Below, one piece after another: positions 1-9,255 of a DNA stretch of 34,651 nucleotides. Position numbers and translations under genes: made by a program. The first letter of the stretch is position 1. Each line of letters begins with the position of its first letter. The stretch lies in IMG/VR virus record IMGVR_UViG_3300021957_003318; one strand, 5' to 3'. Source of the stretch: an uncultured virus (IMG/VR IMGVR_UViG_3300021957_003318). Taxonomy: Duplodnaviria > Heunggongvirae > Uroviricota > Caudoviricetes > Demerecviridae. The notes under the pieces were generated by a model. That model had not been told where the DNA came from. It made no database searches and was given only the letters and a program-made list of their open reading frames with translations.

Positions 1-557
1 TTCTTTGTGTCATAATGATAAAGCTGCCCTGGTTCTACTTTTCTTATACCCTTGAAAGGTGAGTCTGAACCTGACCAAATAGGATTAGATAAAAACTTTT
101 TATTAAGTTCTTTAGGTTTCGCACCAACAAAACTAGCAAGACTTGTACTTACTGATATTCCTCCATTGTCGCTTTTTATCCATAAAGGTTTTGCCCCAAA
201 ATGGTCTCTAACAATGTCACATATGCCTGTCTTGTAGTCCATAAAACAAAAAGAACCATGCCAATTTCCGAACTCTATAAACTTGAAACCATACTTCTCG
301 TAGCCTTCAGCTAGGAATTTAGTATCGTTGGGTATATTAGAGTCATACATTTCTCCATTGAATACCATTATGTTGCCCTTCTTAGTTATATAAGGTTGTA
401 CCTCATTTTCTCCTGATATGTCTAATAGTACATGCGCAAAAGTTAAATCGTGCATATACCTTATAGTTTCACCACGAGCATCGGGACCTCTAAATCTCTG
501 TGCGTCAATGTATTTATCAGCTAAATTGTTTTCAGTTGTTACAACAAAACCGCACAT
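1..557 (-). CDS. Asparagine synthase (glutamine-hydrolysing)-like protein, N-terminal class II glutamine amidotransferase domain; runs off the window's left edge
   Basis: Not in the ORF track. Hand translation from ATG 557: MCGFVVTTENNLADKYIDAQRFRGPDARG...QPYITKKGNIMVFNGEMY...VRDHFGAKPLW, containing the Ntn-GATase motifs MCG, RGPD, QP, FNGE and RDxFGxKPL. TAATG overlap with the upstream stop. Confidence 0.88.
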   Translation of the reverse strand, partial: MCGFVVTTENNLADKYIDAQRFRGPDARGETIRYMHDLTFAHVLLDISGENEVQPYITKKGNIMVFNGEMYDSNIPNDTKFLAEGYEKYGFKFIEFGNWHGSFCFMDYKTGICDIVRDHFGAKPLWIKSDNGGISVSTSLASFVGAKPKELNKKFLSNPIWSGSDSPFKGIRKVEPGQLYHYDTK

Positions 558-808
558 TAATACTTTCTCCAGTCTATAATTGTATCTTCTCTTATGTCTG
601 CCCATTTGCAAAATTCAACATCAAACATAAGTATTCTACCACCTAGTTTGTCTCCGTCATTTAACGCACGTGCATCCATACCTCTAGTATTTTCAGGTAC
701 TAAAGTCATCTCTCTTTCTTTTGTTTCTCCTGTTCTTAGGTCTTCATACTGTACTAGTACTATTCCTTCTTCCAGTGCTTTTACCATTTTGTCTAAATCT
801 TGCGCCAT
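557..808 (-). CDS. Small WYL/SH3-like beta-barrel phage protein
   Basis: Pattern 'LEEGIVLVQYEDLRTGETKEREMTL...MFDVEFCKWADIREDTI' typical of stand-alone phage WYL-like proteins; coupled to its neighbours. Confidence 0.6.
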   Translation of the reverse strand: MAQDLDKMVKALEEGIVLVQYEDLRTGETKEREMTLVPENTRGMDARALNDGDKLGGRILMFDVEFCKWADIREDTIIDWRKY

Positions 809-1257
809 GTATCTTTTTTCCTTTCTTCAGCAAACTCCCATATAGCATAAGGTAATCCTTTTTTGTATAGAATACCTGCCCATGTTTGTTCAACTCTTGG
901 TGGTCTAGCAATAGCAAAAGGAAAAGGAACATCCTTAATCCATACTACTGTTGCCACGTCTTTTTTAATAATTTTTTTAATCTTGTGATACTTTAAAGGT
1001 GCTGTATCAAGCTTTTCATTATAGAAGTAACATCCGTTAGAATCTACAAAATGTTTTCCTCTGTGTTTTAACATTGCTACTTCATCATCACATTGGTACT
1101 TAAGAGGATATATACTCTTCATTGGAGTCTGTAATCTTCTTATGCCTAGTGTTTCTCCTAGCATATTTCTATCATCAATAACTTGGTCGTTAAGCCACAA
1201 TAGATTATCCTGTTCTTCAGGTTCTTCATGTATTACATAAACTGGATATTTAATCAT
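793..1257 (-). CDS. Conserved T5-like hypothetical protein found downstream of the polymerase
   Basis: 154 aa ORF with 'LGIRRLQTP...YPL' motif and the syntenic position after the DNA polymerase. Confidence 0.6.
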   Translation of the reverse strand: MIKYPVYVIHEEPEEQDNLLWLNDQVIDDRNMLGETLGIRRLQTPMKSIYPLKYQCDDEVAMLKHRGKHFVDSNGCYFYNEKLDTAPLKYHKIKKIIKKDVATVVWIKDVPFPFAIARPPRVEQTWAGILYKKGLPYAIWEFAEERKKDTWRKI

Positions 1258-1738
1258 TTTCAGTTCTTCTCTGCATCCATGTTTTTTCCCAAAACTTTGT
1301 TACTTGGTCATAGGAATTTTTTCCGTAAGCACAAAAAAATACCTGTTCAGGTTGTACAGTTCTAATTGATTTACCTAATTCTAGGTTTATTATATTGCCT
1401 TTATTCTCTCGTAAATCCCACTCTATGCAAGTCTTTGCACCTACTGGATAATAACGAGCGCCTGAGTATTCCCATCTCCATTCTATTCGTGAAGCTACTA
1501 ATTCTCCTAGTCCCATTTGATGAGTAGTGCCTAGTGTTAATGTTTTTTCACCCCTTTTCTCTGCTATGATTTGTTGTACGTCTATTCCCAAAAATCCTCT
1601 TATACTAGAGTCTATATAGTCTACATAACTATAACCAACATTGACATTTGTATAGGGTGTTCTCTCATAAAAGTTACAAGATTTTTCTAGTATATAATCA
1701 CAGTCTGGTTCAAAATTAATTTGCATACAATTTCTCAA
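1250..1738 (-). CDS. Hypothetical protein
   Basis: 162 aa ORF overlapping both neighbours on the coding strand. Confidence 0.6.
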   Translation of the reverse strand: MRNCMQINFEPDCDYILEKSCNFYERTPYTNVNVGYSYVDYIDSSIRGFLGIDVQQIIAEKRGEKTLTLGTTHQMGLGELVASRIEWRWEYSGARYYPVGAKTCIEWDLRENKGNIINLELGKSIRTVQPEQVFFCAYGKNSYDQVTKFWEKTWMQRRTEND

Positions 1739-3974
1739 ACTTTCCTAATGAATAGTCATCTGCAACATCAAAGTCACATCCAACTGGAGCGCCTGGGATT
1801 GATAATCCTCTATCTTTTTGTATAAACTCTTGAAGTTTTTCTGAGTAATGTTCTATCTCATCTTCAGGTACTTCTGCTAGTACGGAATCGTGAACAAGTG
1901 CAAATATTTTCGCTTTCATACCTGTCTTTTCTATATATCTTTGCATATCTATACCACCCATAAGGTTAATATCGGATGCAACTGATTGTACTAAGAAGTT
2001 AATTCCACTACGTACTTCATGTGAGGCGATTCCCTTATCTTGTGAAAACACATCAGGTAATCTTCTCTTTCTGCCAAACCTACTATATACAAATCCATTC
2101 GCTTGAATAAATTGTTTTTGATTGTCTAACCATTCACGAAGTTTAGGGAAAGCCTCAAAATAGTCTTTGATAGTATTCGCTGCGTCTTGCATACTGAAAT
2201 ACTCTCCACTATCTTTTGTTACTTGTTCACTAATCTTTTTCGGTCCTGCTCCGTACATGATACCAAAGGTAACAGCTTTTGCTTGTTGTCTTTGCGCACC
2301 AAAGTTTGTTGCTATGTCGTCAACGTCCCCTGGCAGTCTGAATACTTGTTTCGCAATCGTACTATGAAAATTACCGCCAGACTTAAATACATTCATAAGT
2401 CCGACATCATTTGCAAGTACAGCCGCACAGTATACTTCTGCTGTTGTTAAATCCATTGCAACTATTTTATGTCCAGCCTTTGCTTTGATACAACCTTTTA
2501 CTGTCGGGTTGTCTCTTGGAAGCTGTTGCATATTCAGTTTACCACTACTACTCAATCTACCACTGGTTGTACCGTGAAGGTTGAATCCTGTGCGAAGTCT
2601 ACCATCTCTATCAAGGTTTGGTATAATTTTATCAAGATATGTAGTTTTGATTTTAACTTTCTGTCTGACTTCTAGTATATGTTTAGGTACGTCATGTTCT
2701 TCTGATAAGTTGCCAAGTACTTCGGCATCAGTTGACAGCGCACCCGTTGCGGTTCTTTTAGTAGATTTAAGTCCAAGATAATCAAACAACAAAGATCTTA
2801 GTTGTAATGTTGAGTTAGGATTAAATTCTCCTTTATCTTTTATAAACTGTTTAATCTCGGGGAACTCATATAAAGCTTTTACTGCTCTATCTATGTCTTC
2901 ACCCATTCTTTTAGAACCAAACTCTAAACGCACAGCATCAAAAGGAACTCCGTTGCTTTCTATACACTTCAAGAATCTACAACCCTCTACTAGAATATGT
3001 TTATATACTCCGTACAGTTTGTCATTAGTCTTTAGTGCTTTTTCAAACTTTTCAAATAACATAAAAGTAACTATCGCATCCATTGCAGCATAGTTACGCA
3101 TAACTTCAAATGGAACCATACTATAATCAAATGAATCTTTGAGTATACCTGTTCTTTTCTTGAAGTCTGCTATCCAATTAGAAAGTTCTGCTTCGTAGTC
3201 TCCATATGGAGTGTGTTTAATTGCTAGTGTTTTAAGACCATGTGTTCCAGGTCTTTCATCAAACATATAATGCATGAGCATAGTATCTTCAAAATGTGGA
3301 AACTCAAAGTTGAAATGATACTCAAACCATTGTAAATCAAACTTAGCGTTATGAAATACAACTCGTTTTTTAGTAAATATTTCTTGCATGAGTCGTTCGG
3401 ATTCTTCATCCATACAATCACAATCTGCATAAATACCATGCTCGTTCTCATAGGACATAGAGAAACCAAGCATGTAGCCATCACGGCAGTACAATGCTGA
3501 TGTCTCAGAGTCAAGGGCTATGAAATCCCCTTGGTGGTCTAACGCTTTCTGCAGCCACGCATTTAATTCTTCTGTGTCTTGTATACCGTAACATTTGTCT
3601 TTCGGTATCGTAAGTTGTTTGAGTTCTCCGCTAACATATCCCGTTATGCTCTCGACGGCTTCCTCGAACGACTTCTTTGCTTCTGGTCTGAACTTTATCA
3701 TTGCGGGATTGATTATTGCCAAAAACTTAGAATCAACAACTTTTCCATTGTACTCAGTTATTGATGTCTTTTTTGTAAACATTTTGAAAGGCTCAGAACC
3801 CACAACTATGAGCCAATCATACGCATCAATATCGATTTCGATATCAACATCTCTTTTTAAAATTTTCTTTTTACTAGAATCTGAACACAGGGCAAACCTG
3901 TCGAGTTCAAACTCAAAGTACTTGTTCCAGTTAGTACTGGACATTGTTGTTTCTATAATTGCTACTTTAGCCAT
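1716..3974 (-). CDS. Family A DNA polymerase (T5-like) with 3'-5' exonuclease and N-terminal UDG-like remnant
   Basis: Exo motifs DSETS, HNAKFD, YAAMDA; polymerase motifs TTSGRLSS, AKAVTFGIMYG, INFLVQS, LVHDS. Confidence 0.97.
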   Translation of the reverse strand: MAKVAIIETTMSSTNWNKYFEFELDRFALCSDSSKKKILKRDVDIEIDIDAYDWLIVVGSEPFKMFTKKTSITEYNGKVVDSKFLAIINPAMIKFRPEAKKSFEEAVESITGYVSGELKQLTIPKDKCYGIQDTEELNAWLQKALDHQGDFIALDSETSALYCRDGYMLGFSMSYENEHGIYADCDCMDEESERLMQEIFTKKRVVFHNAKFDLQWFEYHFNFEFPHFEDTMLMHYMFDERPGTHGLKTLAIKHTPYGDYEAELSNWIADFKKRTGILKDSFDYSMVPFEVMRNYAAMDAIVTFMLFEKFEKALKTNDKLYGVYKHILVEGCRFLKCIESNGVPFDAVRLEFGSKRMGEDIDRAVKALYEFPEIKQFIKDKGEFNPNSTLQLRSLLFDYLGLKSTKRTATGALSTDAEVLGNLSEEHDVPKHILEVRQKVKIKTTYLDKIIPNLDRDGRLRTGFNLHGTTSGRLSSSGKLNMQQLPRDNPTVKGCIKAKAGHKIVAMDLTTAEVYCAAVLANDVGLMNVFKSGGNFHSTIAKQVFRLPGDVDDIATNFGAQRQQAKAVTFGIMYGAGPKKISEQVTKDSGEYFSMQDAANTIKDYFEAFPKLREWLDNQKQFIQANGFVYSRFGRKRRLPDVFSQDKGIASHEVRSGINFLVQSVASDINLMGGIDMQRYIEKTGMKAKIFALVHDSVLAEVPEDEIEHYSEKLQEFIQKDRGLSIPGAPVGCDFDVADDYSLGKFEKLYAN

Positions 3975-4386
3975 TTTTTTCTCCGTGTTCTTCTAAATAT
4001 TTTACAGCTGCTTTTAACCAAGTAATATCGCTGTCGCTTAAATTCTTATTGCAAGTAAAACATAGTACTCCTCGTACGTCTGCTGGTTTACCTGTTCCTG
4101 GTCCTCTGGAGCCTCTTCCTGTCCCAGGGGTGTGGTCTATTTGTCCACTTACTTTGCCTCTTCCTTGATGCAGCTTAACTTCTGTTTTGCAAATTTTACA
4201 TTTGTTATCTTGTGAGGCAAGTAATTCAAGCTGCTCTCTTCTATTTAAACCGTATCGACTTCTGCCATTTTTACATACACTACACAAATCACCATAGCTT
4301 ACAGGAAACCCCTTGTCTTCAGGACAATATTCTTTTACTTCTTCTTCTGAAAACTCACAAACTTTACAAATTTTATTTGTGGGCAT
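3967..4386 (-). CDS. Endonuclease VII-like HNH (probable homing) endonuclease
   Basis: QDNKCKIC...IDH...VRGVLCFTCN signature, plus N-terminal CxxC...CxxC. Confidence 0.85.
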   Translation of the reverse strand: MPTNKICKVCEFSEEEVKEYCPEDKGFPVSYGDLCSVCKNGRSRYGLNRREQLELLASQDNKCKICKTEVKLHQGRGKVSGQIDHTPGTGRGSRGPGTGKPADVRGVLCFTCNKNLSDSDITWLKAAVKYLEEHGEKNG

Positions 4387-5218
4387 ACAATTTCTCCTTT
4401 AATCTTTCTATCTCTGGCGTTGTTAAATTGCCAGGGTCTATATTATCTCGTAGTTTTACTACTCTAGCACTTAACTCTAGTTGTTCTGCTAGACCTTTTG
4501 CTTTTTCAGCAGCTAGTTCGCCTGCTTCATCTCCATCAAACATGATATCTACACCAGTTATCCCTTGGAGTTTTAATAAACTAAGCTTAACCCAGTTTAC
4601 TTGTTGTGTGCCAAAACAGCACACTGTATTCTTGAGACCTTTGTCCCAAAGGTTAAGAGCATCGAAGATGCCCTCTACCAATATAACTCTGTTTTGAATA
4701 GGTTTTATCTTCGCTGGACAAAAAGGCATCTCTACTCCCTGTGGGTAGATATAATACTTTTGAGTGCTAAAGTCGTCCAGACTTCTACCTATCAATGCCA
4801 CGGTCTTTCCTGTTAAATCGCGTATTGGAAAGATGATACGATTCTCGAACTTAGGTACGTTCCATGTGAACGCTCCCCATATTGCAAGAGTCTCCTCAGA
4901 TATATTTCTGATTCCACCACCTCTCCAAGACAGTCTATCCTTTGGGAGTTGGATTCCGACAGTTGCTGACCTGACTTTGTTGATTGATTCTTTAATGCGG
5001 TGCATACGAACTTCTAGTGGAGAAGCTGGTGCACCAAAATGTGTAAACAGATTACCTTTGTAGCCACATGAGAAACAGTGAAATATTCCTGTAACTTTGT
5101 CTACTCTCATTGATGGAGAATTATCTTCATGCTTTGGGTTCAAACACTTTATAAGTGCATCCCTGCCACTAACGACATAATGTATCTTTTTCTCTCTTAA
5201 TAAGTCTTCTGCTATCAT
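4373..5218 (-). CDS. DNA primase (CHC2 zinc finger + TOPRIM)
   Basis: CLNPKHEDNSPS...FHCFSCG zinc finger; VEGIFDA and FDGDEAG TOPRIM motifs. Confidence 0.95.
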   Translation of the reverse strand: MIAEDLLREKKIHYVVSGRDALIKCLNPKHEDNSPSMRVDKVTGIFHCFSCGYKGNLFTHFGAPASPLEVRMHRIKESINKVRSATVGIQLPKDRLSWRGGGIRNISEETLAIWGAFTWNVPKFENRIIFPIRDLTGKTVALIGRSLDDFSTQKYYIYPQGVEMPFCPAKIKPIQNRVILVEGIFDALNLWDKGLKNTVCCFGTQQVNWVKLSLLKLQGITGVDIMFDGDEAGELAAEKAKGLAEQLELSARVVKLRDNIDPGNLTTPEIERLKEKLYAHK

Positions 5219-5228
5219 AATTATGTAT

Positions 5229-5267
5229 ATTATATCAAATTTTTATATTGTTGTCAAGAACTATTTT
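5229..5267 (-). promoter_or_regulatory. Sigma70-type promoter for primase (near-leaderless)
   Basis: Minus strand AAAATAGTTC-TTGACA(5257-5252)-17 nt-TATAAT(5234-5229); ATG at 5218. Confidence 0.85.
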
Positions 5268-5845
5268 CGGATAAGCCATGATTTATCATCAAAAGTTTGC
5301 ATCATTTTTCCCTTAAACTTCTTGTTGACTGCGTTGTATACTTCAGGCCAATACTCTGGATTGTAGTCATGACCTCCCATATACCCGCCAGGCTTTACTT
5401 TCGGCCAGTATAGTTCTAAATCTTGTTCTACTGCTTCTCCTCTATGGTCGCCATCAAGATATACTAAATCAAATACACCGTCTGTAAATTTATTAGAAAT
5501 TTTTTGAGAGTAATTTCTATGAAACTCTATGTTATTCCAGTATCTACAGTTAACTTTTGCTTCCATAAATACCTCATGCCCACACCCATAAAAATATGGG
5601 TCTATTGTATGAATCTTTTTAAATTTACCACTAGATGCAAACATTGCAGTACTTTCTCCTGCGTATGTACCTACCTCTATCATGTGTCCATCAGATATAT
5701 CTAAAGAGTTTATAAACCCTATTAGTCCAAACCATTCTCTATTAGGTTTTACATTCCAACTTGATGGAGGACTAAATCTCATACTACCCCATTCAGGAAG
5801 TCCCCCTTCTAAATAATTCTCAGGTTTGTTTGTGTTTCCAGCCAT
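5261..5845 (-). CDS. Class I SAM-dependent methyltransferase (Methyltransf_24-like)
   Basis: IEVGTYAGEST motif I, TIDP, DLVYLDGDH, KVKPGGYMGGHDY. Confidence 0.9.
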   Translation of the reverse strand: MAGNTNKPENYLEGGLPEWGSMRFSPPSSWNVKPNREWFGLIGFINSLDISDGHMIEVGTYAGESTAMFASSGKFKKIHTIDPYFYGCGHEVFMEAKVNCRYWNNIEFHRNYSQKISNKFTDGVFDLVYLDGDHRGEAVEQDLELYWPKVKPGGYMGGHDYNPEYWPEVYNAVNKKFKGKMMQTFDDKSWLIRK

Positions 5846-6302
5846 CTAGCTCGTCTCCTATTTTTTCAAATTCTTTGTAGTCTATTCCTTTTGAATCTGT
5901 AGCATCTTCGTAATACATTGACTTCCATACTAACTCTAGCATTTGGAAGTAAATTGCTACTATTCTATCTCTTTCTGTCTTTTCCCATAGATAGAACACT
6001 AACCACCACTCTTTGTCAAAACGACATACTCTTATCTCTTGTCCATGTAGCGCAGGGAGATCTTGAAGACATCTCATCCTCTGACTCCCTGCTATGGGGT
6101 ACCAGTTTGGCATACAGAGTATGGGAGATTTTACTCCGTCAGTTGCCAAACTGTCCTTTAACTTTTTATTAAGCGGAACATTTTTTATGTTTTCTTTTAT
6201 TTTTTCTTGTTCTAATAACCATCCTACTGTTCTTACGTACCATGTATGTGGTGGTAATGGTACTAGTTCCGCTGTCTCTCGGCTTACTCTATCATAAGCC
6301 AT
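5820..6302 (-). CDS. Hypothetical protein with possible ParB/sulfiredoxin-like domain
   Basis: 'LKDSLATDGVKSPIL...IAGSQR' resembles the ParB-N SL..G..P...GxxR pattern. Start moved to ATG 6302 because a separate small gene lies upstream. Confidence 0.55.
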   Translation of the reverse strand: MAYDRVSRETAELVPLPPHTWYVRTVGWLLEQEKIKENIKNVPLNKKLKDSLATDGVKSPILCMPNWYPIAGSQRMRCLQDLPALHGQEIRVCRFDKEWWLVFYLWEKTERDRIVAIYFQMLELVWKSMYYEDATDSKGIDYKEFEKIGDELDGWKHKQT

Positions 6303-6465
6303 TGTCCATTTCCTTGTATTTCTGTGTCCATTCGGCTTCAAATATATCTCTAAACTCTTCTAAGCCTGGAAGGGGTATTTCTATACCTTGTCTATTAGTT
6401 GTTATTAAATTTTGTATATACTTTTCGTATGCTAATTTAAGTTGTCTTTCTGTGTATAAAAGCAT
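6292..6465 (-). CDS. Small hypothetical protein (57 aa), not in the ORF track
   Basis: AAGGAG RBS then MLLYTERQLKLAYEKYIQNLITTNRQGIEIPLPGLEEFRDIFEAEWTQKYKEMDNGL*; fills the gap on the coding strand. Confidence 0.7.
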   Translation of the reverse strand: MLLYTERQLKLAYEKYIQNLITTNRQGIEIPLPGLEEFRDIFEAEWTQKYKEMDNGL

Positions 6466-7111
6466 TAGATGTCTCCTTGTTAAAATAATATTTTAGTGCT
6501 AATTCATATACTCCTGAAACATCTTTTACGTTCCAGTGGTCTTGTGCATTTCCTACTGCACCAATGTACTCATTGTTGTGCCATATATGAAAACCTGTTT
6601 TACTTGATACTTCATTCCACTTTGCACTATTACTCTCGGTTCTTAGCTGTGGTAGTATTCTATCTTTATCGAATACTATTTCGTATAATCTGTTATCTGT
6701 CCTGTGTTGAGCAGTTAGTTTTATGTCTCTGTTCCCGTTAATATCAGTTCTTAACTTAGTAATACCTGGGAATAGTTTTCCTAGTCTTCTGTAGTTGTTT
6801 ACATCATAACTAATTACCCATGCTTTCATATCTAAATTTAGTACTCTATTTAGCATGAGCCTATTCATTCCTGGATGTATAGAAAACTCTTTTGCAGTGT
6901 CACTATACCATATTATAACTGGGTTGACGAACCCGTTGCTCAACACATCTTTTACAAAAGCGTACAGTCTTATGTCTAATCTATCCTGCTGTCGCTCGTA
7001 CCACCCCTTGACATTCCAAAGGTCTACAGGCGGTAGTGTTTTTAATAAATCTTTAGTGAGTATTTCTCCAATACACACTCTTTGTTGTAGAGGATTATAT
7101 ATCATAAGCAC
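6437..7111 (-). CDS. Hypothetical protein with possible ParB/sulfiredoxin-like domain
   Basis: 'VKDVLSNGFVNPVIIW...IHPGMNRL' ParB-N-like pattern. Confidence 0.5.
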   Translation of the reverse strand: MLMIYNPLQQRVCIGEILTKDLLKTLPPVDLWNVKGWYERQQDRLDIRLYAFVKDVLSNGFVNPVIIWYSDTAKEFSIHPGMNRLMLNRVLNLDMKAWVISYDVNNYRRLGKLFPGITKLRTDINGNRDIKLTAQHRTDNRLYEIVFDKDRILPQLRTESNSAKWNEVSSKTGFHIWHNNEYIGAVGNAQDHWNVKDVSGVYELALKYYFNKETSNAFIHRKTT

Positions 7112-8456
7112 TTTCTCCTGTGCTTAGAGCCTCTTTCATTTCTTCTTTAGTATCAGGGTTTATCTCTGTCTCAGGTCCCATTCTCAATGTTTCCCAGTTC
7201 ATTCTAGTAATAAAACCTTTTTCTTTTCCACTTCTCATTTTATCACATTTAAATTCTACACAATCATGCTCATCACCCCAATGGTCTAGGGTAAAGGCCG
7301 CATCAACAGCGTCAAGAATACCCTTAGAGAATCTTGCTTCACCGTCTTTATTTACTTGATATGCTGAGAGAACAAGAACGTTACTCTCTTGGGCTAGTGA
7401 TTTTAACCCTTTTGATATTTCTATTTGTTCAGTCCATTCGTACTGACCTCCACGAGTAGGCGCGTTATGGCGCTTAACTTGGTTTAGATAATCCACTATG
7501 ATAATCCCTAGATTAGGGTCTTCTACTAGTTTTTGTTTTACTACGCTGATAACTTTTGCTAATGTAAGGGAAGGGTCATAATAGATGTCTATTTGAGGAA
7601 CATCTTTACGAAGCGGATTACGAGTCAATTGATAATGAAACTTGTCAAAATCTTGGTGATCGTCGTACTCTTTCCTAACCTCGTCTCCATTCTCGAATCT
7701 TGCAGCCCACCAGTCAGCTACCTTATGCCACTCCATAGTAGTAAGGTTTCTAGCTTCTAGTCTGCCAAGCGGAACACCGACTGACATTGCACATATTCTT
7801 TGTAGTATTTCTCTAGTAGACATCTCTATAGTAAAGTATAATGCTGACTTACCTCTTTGAAGGGAAGAAACAGCACTATTACATAGAGAAAGTGATTTAC
7901 CTTTGCCTCGTGAAGCACCGATAACTACTAAGTCTTTGGGAGAGAACTTATAATCAAAATCGAATTCTGAGTTCAGACCTAGTGGAAGAGCCATTGCTAA
8001 ATCTTCCTCACTATCAAATAACTCAATATGTTCCATACTTTCGTTGGCATCATTCGTTTCTACTCTATCTTCAACTTGTACTACAATTTCTTGCAACAAG
8101 TCAATGTTTTCACGAGCATCTCCGATAGCTATTTGAGTGTCTACAAAAGTTTCAATTCTTGTAAGAATCTCACTTTGTGTAAATTGGTTTTTTAAATAAT
8201 CTAATAAAAGTTCTGGAGCAACATCTGTTTCCACAGTTTCAATGGCATAGATTTTTTCTTGAAGTTCCCTTGAACGGACTTCTAGTTTTAAATCTTCAAA
8301 TGTTGGCAAATCTTGGTACTTATGTACATGCTTGTCTACTATTTTCCACAGTTTTCGGTACTCACCTTCAGGGAAGTAGTGTTCTTTTAGACCATTCCAA
8401 GTATTGAAATCGCCTAGCGCAAGTATTTGCTTTAGTAATGCACTTTCTAATGTCAA
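7095..8456 (-). CDS. DnaB-like replicative helicase (T5 D6-like)
   Basis: Walker A GASRGKGKS, YFTIEM, Walker B IIVDYLN, SAYQ. Probable TTG start at 8456, 6 nt after a GGGAG RBS (the track starts at 8474). Confidence 0.93.
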   Translation of the reverse strand: MTLESALLKQILALGDFNTWNGLKEHYFPEGEYRKLWKIVDKHVHKYQDLPTFEDLKLEVRSRELQEKIYAIETVETDVAPELLLDYLKNQFTQSEILTRIETFVDTQIAIGDARENIDLLQEIVVQVEDRVETNDANESMEHIELFDSEEDLAMALPLGLNSEFDFDYKFSPKDLVVIGASRGKGKSLSLCNSAVSSLQRGKSALYFTIEMSTREILQRICAMSVGVPLGRLEARNLTTMEWHKVADWWAARFENGDEVRKEYDDHQDFDKFHYQLTRNPLRKDVPQIDIYYDPSLTLAKVISVVKQKLVEDPNLGIIIVDYLNQVKRHNAPTRGGQYEWTEQIEISKGLKSLAQESNVLVLSAYQVNKDGEARFSKGILDAVDAAFTLDHWGDEHDCVEFKCDKMRSGKEKGFITRMNWETLRMGPETEINPDTKEEMKEALSTGESAYDI

Positions 8457-8486
8457 TTGAATCTCCCAAGACAATTATTAATTTAT

Positions 8487-8521
8487 AAAAAAGGCGAGGC
8501 AATCCCGAAGGAAAGCTCGCC
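8487..8521 (-). terminator. Intrinsic terminator after D5
   Basis: Minus strand GGCGAG-CTTTCCTTCGGGATTGC-CTCGCC-TTTTTT. Confidence 0.85.
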
Positions 8522-8536
8522 CGCGATGTATAGGTA

Positions 8537-9253
8537 TTAGCCTATATCTTTTTTAGCAGCTCCGTTATAGTCTGAGCATTGTAGACCTCTTCTAGTAAGC
8601 ATTGTTTTCACGCCTCTTACTGTTTTGCCGATTTCATCAGCAATTTCTTCAACAGTCATGCCGTCAATGTCGACACCTGCTAAAGGGTCAGCTTTGCTAG
8701 AACCTTTAGTTTCTTTCTGCTTAGGAATAGCATTGATTTCACCAGCTCTTAGTAGTGATAAAGCTTTTCCTCTGATTGAATTTACGCTTCTGCCCATAGC
8801 TTCTGCGATATCTTCAATAAACGCACCATCATTAACTAATGATACGAACTGTCCTTCTTCCTGTTCGTTGTATGACTTTACAGTCTCAACTTTAGGTGCT
8901 GGTTTAACATGTTCTGTTAACTGCATAGAAAGGATTTTTCCTTGAATTGACTTAGCTGTGAAGCTTCCATCTTCAAAGTTTGATGCAATTTCTGCATATG
9001 TGTAAGAACCTGAGTTATCTTGCACAAAAGTGCTAAGAGTTGCTTCTTGTTCGTCTGAAAAAGACTTAGAAGCTGAAGCAGAAGCTAGTTCTACATCAAA
9101 ACCCATTTTTCTTAATTTGCTAGATACACTTCTTACAGAAGTTTCTAACTGCTCTGCTGCTGACGCAACAGTAGTTTGTGAGATAGGGGACTCACTGCCC
9201 ACGAAAGAAGTTAACTCTGAAGTTCTTTCGTCTGTCCATTTTGGTAATGCCAT
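8537..9253 (-). CDS. D5: T5 D5-like DNA-binding transcription regulator with repeated HTH units
   Basis: KWTDE...RSVSSKLRKMG, TYAEIA, KSIQGKILS, TVRGVKTMLTRRGL.DY; lies between ligase B and the helicase as in T5. Confidence 0.88.
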   Translation of the reverse strand: MALPKWTDERTSELTSFVGSESPISQTTVASAAEQLETSVRSVSSKLRKMGFDVELASASASKSFSDEQEATLSTFVQDNSGSYTYAEIASNFEDGSFTAKSIQGKILSMQLTEHVKPAPKVETVKSYNEQEEGQFVSLVNDGAFIEDIAEAMGRSVNSIRGKALSLLRAGEINAIPKQKETKGSSKADPLAGVDIDGMTVEEIADEIGKTVRGVKTMLTRRGLQCSDYNGAAKKDIG

Positions 9254-9255
9254 TT

